This document shows positions 40,388 through 49,835 of a DNA stretch of 64,000 bases, in pieces. The DNA lies in NCBI GenBank assembly GCA_039908535.1, contig JAMOAW010000027.1, positions 10,705 through 74,704 on the forward strand, read 5' to 3'. Position numbers and translations under genes: made by a program. Under the pieces are notes generated by a model. That model was given only the letters and a program-made list of their open reading frames with translations. It was not told where the DNA came from and searched no databases. Within the stretch, counting starts at the first letter, position 1. Each line of letters opens with the position of its first letter. Source of the DNA: Magnetococcus sp. DMHC-6 (GTDB taxonomy: Bacteria > Pseudomonadota > Magnetococcia > Magnetococcales > JADFZT01).

Positions 40388-40903
40388 TTAGAGTTGCCGT
40401 GAAAACAGATGAAAAGGATTGCCCGCCTGTCGGTGGCCCAGGCGATTGTAAGAGGCACCCGCATTCCGGGTACTGTTTTTGACTGCTTGAATGACCGTTT
40501 CGGTCGCCATTAAAACTCCATTCAAGATGGCCTGGTTCTCTTTGTTAAGTTTATTGGCTTGTTGAATTAATTCCCGCAGGCGAAGGCGTATTTGGATCAG
40601 ACCGGTATTTCCCCCTAGGGCCTGATCAATATGGGCGAGGGTGAGCTCTTCGCTGTTTATGTTTAATGCCAAGGCCAACGCATGGGAAAGTTGTTGGCGG
40701 TTTTGGTCTGCCTCGCGAATATGGGTGAGTGCCTGGTTTATTTGTGTGGTGATATTTTTTAAAATTATGGAATTGCGTTGTAAAATAGCCTCTTTTTCCT
40801 GATTAAAAAGAATCAGAAGATTTTCGAATTGCGCCATCAGGTGTTGCAATGTTTGGTTTAGATGGTCGGTGGTTTGTTTAATGTCGTCGTTGGTAGTGTC
40901 CAT
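40388..40903 (-). CDS. flgN: FlgN-like flagellar export chaperone
   Basis: 171-aa helical protein directly downstream of flgM. Its sequence character is FlgN-like (LLILFNQEKEAILQRN...), but the call rests mostly on position. Confidence 0.5.
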   Translation of the reverse strand: MDTTNDDIKQTTDHLNQTLQHLMAQFENLLILFNQEKEAILQRNSIILKNITTQINQALTHIREADQNRQQLSHALALALNINSEELTLAHIDQALGGNTGLIQIRLRLRELIQQANKLNKENQAILNGVLMATETVIQAVKNSTRNAGASYNRLGHRQAGNPFHLFSRQL

Positions 40904-40915
40904 AGAGATATCCTG

Positions 40916-41224
40916 TTAAACGGATTTTTTCCTTTCTTTCAAGACTTGACGCAAGATTTTATCGGCCACGTCCAGGCTGGAGACATGATATCGACCATCT
41001 TCCAACGCCTCACGAATGGGATCGACCAATTCAGATCGGATATCGGGACTGTTTTGCATGGCTTCTCCTGCCATCCCAATGGTTCTAGAGAGGCTTGACA
41101 GCTCAACGTCATCTTTTCTGGAGGACGACTTGGCGGTGGTTTGTGGAGTGGTGGTACTGGATACCCTTCGACCTGTAAGCCGTCCCAAGCGTCTAACATT
41201 GGTATTTTTAATTTTTGTGACCAT
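40916..41224 (-). CDS. flgM: Anti-sigma-28 factor FlgM
   Basis: 102 aa. C-terminal IRSELVDPIREALEDGRYHVSSLDVADKIL is the FlgM pattern. Confidence 0.75.
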   Translation of the reverse strand: MVTKIKNTNVRRLGRLTGRRVSSTTTPQTTAKSSSRKDDVELSSLSRTIGMAGEAMQNSPDIRSELVDPIREALEDGRYHVSSLDVADKILRQVLKERKKSV

Positions 41225-41264
41225 GAACAGGAATTCCCTTTGATGAATAAACTCAGTTTAATAA

Positions 41265-41297
41265 TTTTTTGTTCTGCGTTTTATGCAGAACAAAAAA
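41265..41297 (-). terminator. Rho-independent terminator after flgJ
   Basis: ttttttGTTCTGCgttttatGCAGAACaaaaaa, immediately downstream of the stop at 41298. Confidence 0.7.
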
Positions 41298-41708
41298 TTA
41301 AGGCAGAGAGTTATTTATCGGTTTTTGCTCCACCGAGGTTAAAGAATTTTCATCCGACCGCAATTGATTTAAATGTCCTTCCATCTGTTCAGGGGTGAGG
41401 CGCGTATTGCGGGTGAGTTCATGGAACAAGGCCTCTTTGATGCCGAGTCCCTTTGGCTTTCGACTCATAATATTTGCATATTCGCCGTCGAGCATTTCAT
41501 TAAATAATTTTTCGCCAGCACTGTGGGAGAATAGGCTCTCTGCTCCCCCATCGGGAACGGTTTTCCGCATTGAGGCGAGCATTTGACGAATGAAGATGGC
41601 CTCAAAATCGGCTGTAGCCTCATGGAGGCGTTTTAGATCTTTATCTTGAAGCGTATTTTCTTTGACGGTTGTTGAGGCGGCTGTCAAGCCTGCAATGGGC
41701 TGGCTCAT
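41298..41708 (-). CDS. flgJ: Rod-binding protein (FlgJ N-terminal domain only, no muramidase domain)
   Basis: LHEATADFEAIFIRQMLASMRKTV...GEKLFNEMLDGEYANIMS rod-binding motif. ATGA overlap with flgI. Confidence 0.7.
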   Translation of the reverse strand: MSQPIAGLTAASTTVKENTLQDKDLKRLHEATADFEAIFIRQMLASMRKTVPDGGAESLFSHSAGEKLFNEMLDGEYANIMSRKPKGLGIKEALFHELTRNTRLTPEQMEGHLNQLRSDENSLTSVEQKPINNSLP

Positions 41709-42946
41709 AGGATTTCCAACTCTGCCTGTAAGGCACCAGAGGCCTTGATGGCCTGTAAAATAGCAATAAGGTCTCTAGGAGTCACGCCAACGCTGTTTAG
41801 TCCTTGGACCAATTCACCGAGGGTGACCCCTTCTTGCATTTCGATCAATTTAGCCTCTTCTTCGGTGGCGTTTACACGGCTATTGGGTGTTGTAGCGGTT
41901 GTGCCACCGCTGAAAGAGTTTGGTTGGCTGATTTGGGGTCTTTCCGATATTTTGATGGTCAAATTACCGTGGGAGAGGGCCACCGTAGAGACGTGGACAT
42001 TTTCGCCCATGACGATGGTTCCGGTCCGTTCATTGACGACGATTTTGGCGGGTTGATCTTGCTCTACTTGTAGATTTTCCAATCTAGAGACAAAGGAGAC
42101 CACCTTGCCTAAATACTCTTCTGGTACTTTTATTTGGATGGTTCCAGAGTCGCGGGCCGTGGCGACCGGTTTGCCCATTTGGTCGTTAATGACAGTTACC
42201 ATGCGGTTGGCGGTACTAAAGTCTGGATTTTTTAAAGAAATTTGTAAATTATTTTCATCGTTTAGTTCAAAAGGAATTTCTCGTTCCACGATGGCTCCAC
42301 CCGCAATACGGGCCACGGTTGGATGATTTTTTTGGACGCTTGAACCAGAATTTCCTTCAGCGGCAAAGCCACCGATCGAGAGAGGCCCTTGAGCTACGGC
42401 ATAAATGCGGCCATCGGCCCCTTTCATCGGGGTGAGGATCAAGGTACCGCCTTGAAGGCTTTTGGCATCACCGAGAGAGGAGAGGACGACATCCAGATGA
42501 CCACCCTGACGGGCAAAGGGGGGCAGGGTGGCGGTCACCATGACTGATGCCACATTTTTGACTTTGATTTTATCGTCAGCGGAGATGCCCATCCGTTCCA
42601 GCATCATTTTAATGGATTGGGTGGTAAAAGCGGCTCCAGAGTCACCCGTGCCATTTAGACCGACCACCAAGCCAAAGCCAGTCAGAGGGTTATCACGCAC
42701 CCCTTCTATATTGACCACATCTTTTAAACGAGCCGCTTCACCCAAGGTGGGGGGAGCGCAAGCCAACAACAGGGCCAGAGAGAAAAAAATTTTCTTTTTA
42801 TGAAGGGGAATTTTTTGCGCATCTCTTTCTGTGTTAACCTGAAGTCGTATGAGCATTTTTTCGCTTCTTTTGCTGAAAAAGGGGGGGAGCATGGGAGTCA
42901 TAAGGGTCACAATACCGGAACCTGGGAGAATACCGAGTTGATCCAA
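41705..42946 (-). CDS. flgI: Flagellar P-ring protein
   Basis: RLKDVVNIEGVRDNPLTGFGLVVGLNGTGD... is the FlgI pattern. Start uncertain: in-frame ATGs at 42901 and 42856 lie after the flgH stop. Confidence 0.9.
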   Translation of the reverse strand: MDQLGILPGSGIVTLMTPMLPPFFSKRSEKMLIRLQVNTERDAQKIPLHKKKIFFSLALLLACAPPTLGEAARLKDVVNIEGVRDNPLTGFGLVVGLNGTGDSGAAFTTQSIKMMLERMGISADDKIKVKNVASVMVTATLPPFARQGGHLDVVLSSLGDAKSLQGGTLILTPMKGADGRIYAVAQGPLSIGGFAAEGNSGSSVQKNHPTVARIAGGAIVEREIPFELNDENNLQISLKNPDFSTANRMVTVINDQMGKPVATARDSGTIQIKVPEEYLGKVVSFVSRLENLQVEQDQPAKIVVNERTGTIVMGENVHVSTVALSHGNLTIKISERPQISQPNSFSGGTTATTPNSRVNATEEEAKLIEMQEGVTLGELVQGLNSVGVTPRDLIAILQAIKASGALQAELEIL

Positions 42947-43623
42947 CTTGGATTTTGCTGTTGAGCCACCGAACCGTCGCCGGAATATTCGATGCGGGCA
43001 TCGGCGATTTGAGTAGAGGCCACGGCATTGCCAGCAGAAATATCTTCGGGACGGATGATGCCTGAGAGTAAAATAAATTGGTTTTCGTTATTGATGGTGA
43101 TATCTCGGCGACCTTCAATACGCAGGTTGCCATTGGCCAACACTTCGGTGACGGCACAGGTGATGGTGGTTTTAAAATCGCTCTTCCCATCGGTTTTTCC
43201 AGAGCCGTCATAGGAGTGGTTGCTGGTAATATTGTTTTTGGTGTCATTGCTAAAGAGTTTGTTGTAAATTCCAGCAAGGCCGAACATGCCTGATAGGGTA
43301 AATCCATCCGTGTTATCTCTGGAAAGTTTGGTTGTTGCTTCCCGTGAAGCATCGGATGTTTCCTGGACATTGACGGTAATAATATCGCCGACGTTTCTGG
43401 CTTTGGTATCCAAAAACAAGGTATTACGATCGGTTGTCTGCCAGATAGAACCTTTTTTGGGTGCCAAAAGTTCTGGGGGTTGAGGACGGACGATTTGTAT
43501 GGGTTCGATGGGGCGTTCAGCAGCACGGGTCATCCCGCAGCCAGAAAGCCCGACGCTGGTAAGTATTAAAATAACTCCCATGGCATTTTTGTCCATTTTT
43601 CTTCTCCTGACACGACCTAACAT
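42907..43623 (-). CDS. flgH: Flagellar L-ring lipoprotein
   Basis: Lipobox LTSVGLSGC. ITVNVQE...SGKTDGKS...NGNLRIEG is the FlgH pattern. The start may be a downstream in-frame ATG (43596 or 43581). Confidence 0.9.
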   Translation of the reverse strand: MLGRVRRRKMDKNAMGVILILTSVGLSGCGMTRAAERPIEPIQIVRPQPPELLAPKKGSIWQTTDRNTLFLDTKARNVGDIITVNVQETSDASREATTKLSRDNTDGFTLSGMFGLAGIYNKLFSNDTKNNITSNHSYDGSGKTDGKSDFKTTITCAVTEVLANGNLRIEGRRDITINNENQFILLSGIIRPEDISAGNAVASTQIADARIEYSGDGSVAQQQNPSWINSVFSQVPVL

Positions 43624-43654
43624 AACCTATTTTTTGAGGGGATGGCCATTTTTA

Positions 43655-44368
43655 TTAATTGTCGACCTGTGCTTCGCCAGGTCCGGTTATTTTGGCCATA
43701 AAACGTTTACGACTCTCTGGGTTGCGAATTTCAATTTGATCGCCGATGTGACCTTTATCCATCGAAATCCCGGTGGTTTGGATGGAGAGAGCACCATTGG
43801 TGACCCATATGTTGATTTTTTGACCTCGATCCACGGCCAAAGGGCGTTCAAACCAAGCCTCTTGCAGTGGACTTTTCTCTTTGATCAATCGATTGGCGGA
43901 TTTGCCGATCAACTCTTCTGGTTTTAAAATCAGGCCTGGATCCATGCGCACCAGCTCCAATTTTTGCCAACGAATGTCTGCTTCTGTCACGATATCGCCC
44001 CGTTTCAGCGTGTGACTGACAACAGGGATTTTTATTTTTTTATTTAAAACAACCGAAACCTGAAAATTGGCTTCTGGGGTGCCATTGACCAAAGCCGTGA
44101 CGGGCAGATAGTGTCGACCTGGCGTGCGTTCTTCTGTAGGAAAATCGATTTTCCAGGTTATTTTCCCCTCTTTTAAGGGGAGGCCAAAGCGATAATAGAC
44201 GCTTGCAACGGACAACCCTTCTGGACCTTCGGTTTGCAATTTTTCTTCCAGATATTTTTCAACAGAGCGTCCGACCTCTCCTGGTTCAAGCGTTGCCGCA
44301 TGGAGTACGGAGAAGGGGGACCACAGGGTCAAAGCGACCAATAAACCTGTGTTGATTGGTATTTGCAT
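43655..44368 (-). CDS. flgA: Flagellar P-ring assembly chaperone FlgA
   Basis: Signal peptide from the ATG at 44368 (MQIPINTGLLVALTLWSPFSVLHA). C-terminal SAF-like ..GDIVTEADI.. and GHIGDQIEIRNPESRKRFMAKI. Confidence 0.75.
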   Translation of the reverse strand: MQIPINTGLLVALTLWSPFSVLHAATLEPGEVGRSVEKYLEEKLQTEGPEGLSVASVYYRFGLPLKEGKITWKIDFPTEERTPGRHYLPVTALVNGTPEANFQVSVVLNKKIKIPVVSHTLKRGDIVTEADIRWQKLELVRMDPGLILKPEELIGKSANRLIKEKSPLQEAWFERPLAVDRGQKINIWVTNGALSIQTTGISMDKGHIGDQIEIRNPESRKRFMAKITGPGEAQVDN

Positions 44369-44498
44369 GGTGTTTTTTCTCACTAAAAAATGTTTTATCG
44401 TGAGATATCTTGCAAAAAATGAACCAAACATTTTTTTCTCCGTTTCCAGGCAGATGAGCTGGGAGACATCTTTATAAAAAACTCATATGAAACAGTTA

Positions 44499-45308
44499 TC
44501 AACGCTTCATAGAAGTCACAGCATTGAGCATAGAGTCCACCGTTTGAATGGATTTGGTTCCGGTCTCATAGGCCCGTTGGGTGGTGATCATATTGACCAT
44601 TTCAGTCACCATATTGACGTTGGATTGTTCCAGATAATGTTGCTGGATGGTGCCAAAACCGTCTGTATTTGGATTTCCGAGTTGGGGAACACCTGAGGCC
44701 ACGCTCTCTTTATAGAGGTTATTGCCGATGGCGGTGAGTCCTTCAGGATTGATAAAACGGGCCAGCTGAATCTGTCCAACATTTGGGGATGTGCCGGGGG
44801 GGGTGCTGGTTTTTAAATCAATGCTGCCAGAAGCTTGGACAACAATACCAGTGGTGGTATTTGGATCGAAACCAAGTTGTGCTCCGATCAGCGGATAGCC
44901 ATCAGAGGTGACGATATTGCCATCTGAAGATTTTTTAAAGCTGCCATCGCGGGTGTAGGCGGTTTCGCCGTTGGGCAGTTCGATTTGAAAAAAGCCTTGC
45001 CCTTGGACCATCATGTCTACATTCATGGGATCTTCACTGCTGGCGATGCCGCTGCCTTGGGTAAAATCTTTGCCGACCGACACGACTTTGACACCATGGC
45101 CCAGTTGAATTCCCACGGGGAGTTGGGTGCCAGCAGAGGAGGTTTCGCTGCCAGCGGCGCGCAAGTTGGCGTAGAGGAGATCTTGAAAGTCGGTGCGTGA
45201 ATGTTTAAACCCCGTGGTGTTGACGTTGGCCAGATTATCGGCAATGACGTCCATGTTGGTTTGTTGCGCTTGCATGCCAGTAGCGGCACTCCAAAGTGCG
45301 CGAATCAT
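44499..45308 (-). CDS. flgG: Flagellar distal rod protein
   Basis: MIRALWSAATGMQAQQTNMDVIADNLANVNTTGFK ... YLEQSNVNMVTEMVNMITTQRAYE. Confidence 0.9.
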   Translation of the reverse strand: MIRALWSAATGMQAQQTNMDVIADNLANVNTTGFKHSRTDFQDLLYANLRAAGSETSSAGTQLPVGIQLGHGVKVVSVGKDFTQGSGIASSEDPMNVDMMVQGQGFFQIELPNGETAYTRDGSFKKSSDGNIVTSDGYPLIGAQLGFDPNTTTGIVVQASGSIDLKTSTPPGTSPNVGQIQLARFINPEGLTAIGNNLYKESVASGVPQLGNPNTDGFGTIQQHYLEQSNVNMVTEMVNMITTQRAYETGTKSIQTVDSMLNAVTSMKR

Positions 45309-45338
45309 AAGCAGTTACTCCTTAATGAATGAGATTTT

Positions 45339-46148
45339 TTATTTTAAAGATCCGATTTGGTTGGCGGCCTGGTTGTCCATGGAATCCAGGGCTTGAATCA
45401 TTTTTTGATAGGTCTCCATGGCGCGGTTGGCATCAATCATGTTGGTCATGCTGCGGATCATGTTAGCGTTGGAGCCTTCTAGAAACCCTTGATGGATCCC
45501 TTCAGAACTGTTTTCCATGGCAATTTCTGCCCCTTGGGGGGCGGAATAGAGGTTTAATCCGACTTTTTCCAGAGACTCTGGAGGGAGATCAACTCGTTGG
45601 AGCCGACCAATATTGCCTTGTGATCCTGTGATGGTGCCATCTTCAGCAATGTGAATGGGACCGGCATCTCCCACCACCAGCGGGGCGTTGCCCGCTCCTA
45701 AAACGGGAAAGCCATCTTTTGAGGTGAGTTCGCCAACGGGATTGACCCGAAAAGAGCCATCGCGGGTGTAGCGGCGTCCATCTGGGGTGTCCAGAACGAA
45801 AAAACCTTTGCCTTCCAGGGCAACGTGCAACGGGTTGTTGGTCTGTTGCATGGCCCCTTGTTCCAGGTTGACATGGGTGCCATCGGCTCGGGGATAGGTC
45901 ATACGATAGGCGTTAGAGGCTGGATTGGTGAACGGAAAAGAGATATCTCCTGGAGCGCGTAATCCCATAAAGCTGTCGGTTGGCAATGGAAATTGTTCAA
46001 TGCCAGGGGATGTTAAATAGGAGTCAAAGGTGATATTATCCTCTTTAAAGCCAGTTGTGTTGACGTTGGCCAGATTGTTGGCCAATACGTCCATGCGCAT
46101 TTCGGTACGAAGGGCACCGTTGACGGTTGCGTATAATCCGCTATCCAT
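45339..46148 (-). CDS. flgF: Flagellar proximal rod protein
   Basis: LANNLANVNTTGFKED ... FLEGSNANMIRSMTNMIDANRAMETYQK. Lies upstream of flgG. Confidence 0.85.
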   Translation of the reverse strand: MDSGLYATVNGALRTEMRMDVLANNLANVNTTGFKEDNITFDSYLTSPGIEQFPLPTDSFMGLRAPGDISFPFTNPASNAYRMTYPRADGTHVNLEQGAMQQTNNPLHVALEGKGFFVLDTPDGRRYTRDGSFRVNPVGELTSKDGFPVLGAGNAPLVVGDAGPIHIAEDGTITGSQGNIGRLQRVDLPPESLEKVGLNLYSAPQGAEIAMENSSEGIHQGFLEGSNANMIRSMTNMIDANRAMETYQKMIQALDSMDNQAANQIGSLK

Positions 46149-46191
46149 AGTGTGTGGCTCCTCATTTTGTTGAGACGTTTTTCAAATTCTA

Positions 46192-46207
46192 AGCAATAAT
46201 TATACCA
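46192..46207 (-). promoter_or_regulatory. Sigma-54 promoter candidate for the flgF-flgJ operon
   Basis: The minus strand reads TGGTAT-aatta-TTGCT with the canonical GG/GC 12-nt offset, ~45 nt upstream of the flgF ATG. Confidence 0.6.
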
Positions 46208-46257
46208 TAGACCGGTTTTGTTTTTTTGGAACCATTTTTTTGGAAGATAAGCAGATT

Positions 46258-47088
46258 ATGAAAGATAAAAAATTTTCTACGGGTCAAGCTATAGAGCAAT
46301 TAGAGGGCTTAATGGCCCGTTTACGTGCCGAGGATGGGTGTTCTTGGGATCGGGAGCAGACCCATAAAACCTTACTGCCTCATACCCTTGAGGAGGCCTA
46401 TGAGGTGGTGGAGGCGGTGGAGGTGGGCAATGATTCTGGTTTGAAAGAGGAGTTGGGGGATCTTTTGTTTCATATTGTTTTTCATAGCCAGATTGCCCAA
46501 GAGGAGGGGCGATTTTCTTTGAGCGATGTGATCACCGGGATTACGGAAAAAATGCGTGCCAGACATCCGCATCTCTTTGGCTCAGAGGTGGGAACGTTGA
46601 CCGAACCCGCCGCTGTGGTACGGCGTTGGGAGGAGATTAAACAATTGGAAAAAGAGCAAAAACGTCAGGAAAAAGGGAGCGCGAAACATACCCCCTCCAT
46701 TTTTGACGGTATTAACAGCCGTCTGTCGGCTTTGCTGTGGTCGAGTAAGGTGCAGCGGGAGATGGCGCGGGTTAATTTTGATTGGTCGAATGTGAAGGAT
46801 ATATATGCCAAGATAGATGAAGAGTTGGATGAGCTGAAACAGGCCCATCGGCAAGGCGATCCAAAGGCCATGGAAGAGGAGATGGGTGATCTGTTTTTTG
46901 TTTTGGTCAATCTGTGTCGCCATTTAGAGATCAATCCAGAACTCGCCTTGCGTTGGGTTACGTTAAAGGTGCAAAAACGGTTTCGTTATATTGAAGCGCG
47001 GGTGGCTCAGATGGGTCAGTCGGTTGTTGAGACCGATTTGGAACGGTTGGAGGCGTTGTGGCAGGAGAGCAAAATACGAATTGGTTAA
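46258..47088 (+). CDS. mazG: Nucleoside triphosphate pyrophosphohydrolase MazG
   Basis: CSWDREQTHKTL..EEAYEV.EA..., plus a second MazG repeat EELDEL..EMGDLFFVLVNL. ATG at 46258; the track start at 46240 is a TTG. Confidence 0.85.
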   Translation: MKDKKFSTGQAIEQLEGLMARLRAEDGCSWDREQTHKTLLPHTLEEAYEVVEAVEVGNDSGLKEELGDLLFHIVFHSQIAQEEGRFSLSDVITGITEKMRARHPHLFGSEVGTLTEPAAVVRRWEEIKQLEKEQKRQEKGSAKHTPSIFDGINSRLSALLWSSKVQREMARVNFDWSNVKDIYAKIDEELDELKQAHRQGDPKAMEEEMGDLFFVLVNLCRHLEINPELALRWVTLKVQKRFRYIEARVAQMGQSVVETDLERLEALWQESKIRIG

Positions 47089-47148
47089 AGTATGGTTTTG
47101 TTTTGATCGATATGATATGTATTAAATGCTCTAAATTGGATAAATAAA

Positions 47149-47673
47149 ATGGCTTTACATGTGAGTAGATCAAAAAACAGAGTTGTTGAGAACACCAATT
47201 TGGCTAGGATTATTCGGGCTGTTTTGGTCTTTACTGTTTTGTTGTTGGTTGTTGGTGCCAATCTACCCAAAGAGATTGCCGTGCAAGTGGGGGTAGAGAG
47301 CAATTTTTTATTGGCGGCGTTGGCGGCCATTGTTGCGGTTTGGACTGTGCAGCATATTCATATGTTGTTGGTATCGCTAGTGATTTTTTTATCACTTGTG
47401 GCCAATTTTTCCAATTTTACCAATGCCCCCATTCCAGTAAATCACAGTATGGCCGTTTTGGCCCTGATTGTTTTGGTGGGTGTTTGGATGGCAAAAAATG
47501 TTAGTAAAATTATTGCACTTCTTTTTCTTACCCTGGGCATCGGTCTTCTGTTGCCGCCAGAATACACCACGGTTCTGCACCTTGATTTTGGAATTTTACT
47601 CCCTCTCTTCATTGCCTTGTTGGCCACCCCTATTTTAATATTTCTTTTCAGTAGACGTCAGCGTCTTTCTTGA
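47149..47673 (+). CDS. Integral membrane protein, unknown function
   Basis: 174 aa with about five hydrophobic segments. No motif recognised. Confidence 0.45.
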   Translation: MALHVSRSKNRVVENTNLARIIRAVLVFTVLLLVVGANLPKEIAVQVGVESNFLLAALAAIVAVWTVQHIHMLLVSLVIFLSLVANFSNFTNAPIPVNHSMAVLALIVLVGVWMAKNVSKIIALLFLTLGIGLLLPPEYTTVLHLDFGILLPLFIALLATPILIFLFSRRQRLS

Positions 47674-47696
47674 AAAAGCATGTTATCGAGGTATCT

Positions 47697-48880
47697 TTAG
47701 GAAAGTATGTTTTGCAATTTATCAAGAATATAGGCGAAACGTCCACCTGGTGAAACATTGACTTTAAAAGTCTCTCTAACACGGGAATCAATCTCATCCA
47801 TACGAAAAATTTCTCGAGTCTGTCCGCCAAGATGAATCAGGGGCATAACGACTGCCATTGGGTGATGTTGACGCAGGATGTCCAACTCTGGTACCTTTCC
47901 CTATCGAAAACCTCATCCGCCCCAATTTTGGCTCAATTTCCAGCATTTTTGGAGATGGAGAATTAGATTTTGCTAGACATCGAGGCAGATTTTCGAGAGA
48001 ATCAGAAACAATATTGAGGTTTCATCGCTCCAAATAGCCCAATTTTTTTCTGAAGCGGGCAGTGGGCATTGGAACCTTGTCTTTTGGATGTGTACTTTGA
48101 AAACTGAAACTGGCTTTAAATCAGGCAGCTTTCCGCAGATATTGATGTTGCGCCAGTCGTAATTTGTCTCTGAGCCGATTTTATGGACAGATGAAGACTC
48201 CCTGAATTCATTCTTTTCTGGCGTATCGTTGATGTATCGGAAAAATAAAAATCAAGACCTTGGGGGGCGGAGAACCGCCCCCCAATTCCCCCCACCCTTT
48301 TTTTTTAATTCTTAAAAAAAAGAGGGGGTCTGGGGGGATTCATCCCCCAGGGTTTGGCCTTTGATTTTTTTTTGCCCGAAGGGCATCATGTTCATGTCGT
48401 AAACATCACGCCTATGGGAAAAATTAAAAGCAAGACCTTGGGGGGGTGCACCCCCCAACCCCCCTGCTTGGGGGCTACAAAGTCAAAAACAAAGTCAAAA
48501 GCAACACCTTGGAGGCTCTGCCTCCAAACCTCCGCCGGGGAGCGTGACGCTCCCCGGACCCCTCCAATAATACTTTATTGAACGCAAATTGGTATTAATC
48601 AATTCATCCAAAAGACGCTCTAAGCCCGGTATTGTATATTTGGCATGACTTTGATCTCCAGCCAAAACTTCAGCATCTAATACCAATCGCAACCCAGACA
48701 CCAAATATGAATGATAAGTGTGAGAAGGATGGCCTGGTTTTTTGGAATTATAACCAACCTCTGCTCCTTCCTGTTTGCCATATAAATGTTTGACTGTGGT
48801 GTCTATATCCAATATCCACGATGTGTTAAGAAGAGGAAATATGCAATTTTTTGGTGGTACTCTAAATTCCAGTGTTTTTT
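47697..48880 (-). pseudogene. Decayed DDE transposase (IS4/IS1380-superfamily-like) split by repeat locus R10
   Basis: 48596-48880 encodes ..WILDIDTTVKHLYGKQEGAEVGYNSKKPGHPSHTYHSYLVSGLRLVLDAEVLAGDQSHAKYTIPGLERLLDEL, the first-D region of such transposases. The frame resumes below R10 (INDTPEKNEF...GKLPDLKPVSVFKVHIQKTRFQ) with stops and frame changes. Confidence 0.5.
48234..48595. repeat. Hairpin-repeat locus R10 (core A-B-C + F + E-D-like + outer module)
   Basis: gtatcggaaaaataaaaatcaagaccttggggggcggagaaccgccccccaa ... ccggggagcgtgacgctccccgg acccctccaataatactttattgaacgcaaattggtat. Lies inside the transposase remnant. Confidence 0.9.
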
Positions 48881-48917
48881 AAATAAAATTAAAAAAAACA
48901 GTCAGCACCCGGTACTC

Positions 48918-49829
48918 TTAGGCAATCGGTTTCCAATTCCGAGCCAAAGCTTGAGCCTGGGAGAGTTGAGTGGGGTTTAGGGCATCGGTGAGATGTTCTC
49001 GACGATCTATGGCCGTGGCATGGCCTTGCTCGGCGGCGAGATGAAACCACATGTAGGCTTGAATGTTGTCGGGTGCAACCCCTTTGCCTTTGGTGTAGAG
49101 GGTGCCTAACATGTTTTGGGCATCGGCATAGCCACGATCGGCGGCTTGACGCAACCAGTTGGCCGCTTCTTTGTCGTCTTTGGGAACCCCTTTGCCCTCC
49201 ATGAAGATTAAAGCAACACTGTATTGAGCCATGGGGAGACCTTGGTCGGCGGCCATGCGAAACCATTTGAGAGCCTCTTGATCGGCATCGGCAAGGTCAT
49301 GATCGTTTTCATAGATCATGCCCAGATTATATTGCGCCTTGGCAAAACCTTGACTGGCGGCTAGTTTAAACCATTTAATGGCTTCTGAATCGTTTCTTGG
49401 TACCCCTTTGCCACGACGATAGAGCATCCCTAAATTAAATTGGGCGTTGGGATACCCCTTTTGGGCCGCCAGTTGATACCATTTTTTTGCCTCGTTGCCA
49501 TCTTTGGGAACACCGTTGCCGGTATCATATAGGACACCTAAGTTAAATTGCGCACTGATCAAGCCCTGTTCAGCGGCTAGCTTAAACCATTTAACGGCCT
49601 CTTTGTCGTTTCTTGGAACCCCCTTGCCTTGCGAATACATCATCCCTAAGGAAAATTGCGCCTTGGCTAAGCCTTGTTTGGCCGCTTGACGAAACCATTT
49701 CATCGCTTCTAAATCGTCTTTGTTGACCCCTTTGCCTTGAAGGTAGGTCATGCCAAGAAGAAACTGGGCACTGGCATCCCCTCCTTGGGTCGCGGTTTGA
49801 ATTAATTTTTCAAGCTCTTTTGGGGGCAT
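48918..49829 (-). CDS. Sel1-repeat (SLR/TPR-like) protein
   Basis: About eight ~36-aa repeats of the form A.KWF..AA.QG...AQ..LG.MY..GKGVP.D..EA. Confidence 0.85.
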   Translation of the reverse strand: MPPKELEKLIQTATQGGDASAQFLLGMTYLQGKGVNKDDLEAMKWFRQAAKQGLAKAQFSLGMMYSQGKGVPRNDKEAVKWFKLAAEQGLISAQFNLGVLYDTGNGVPKDGNEAKKWYQLAAQKGYPNAQFNLGMLYRRGKGVPRNDSEAIKWFKLAASQGFAKAQYNLGMIYENDHDLADADQEALKWFRMAADQGLPMAQYSVALIFMEGKGVPKDDKEAANWLRQAADRGYADAQNMLGTLYTKGKGVAPDNIQAYMWFHLAAEQGHATAIDRREHLTDALNPTQLSQAQALARNWKPIA

Positions 49830-49835
49830 GATCGG

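Noticed and set aside
42834-43526. 230-aa minus-strand ORF overlapping flgH in another frame, and + strand ORFs 43028-43927.
   Set aside because: flgH in the 42907-43623 frame has a lipobox and the conserved L-ring sequence. The alternatives have no recognisable features.
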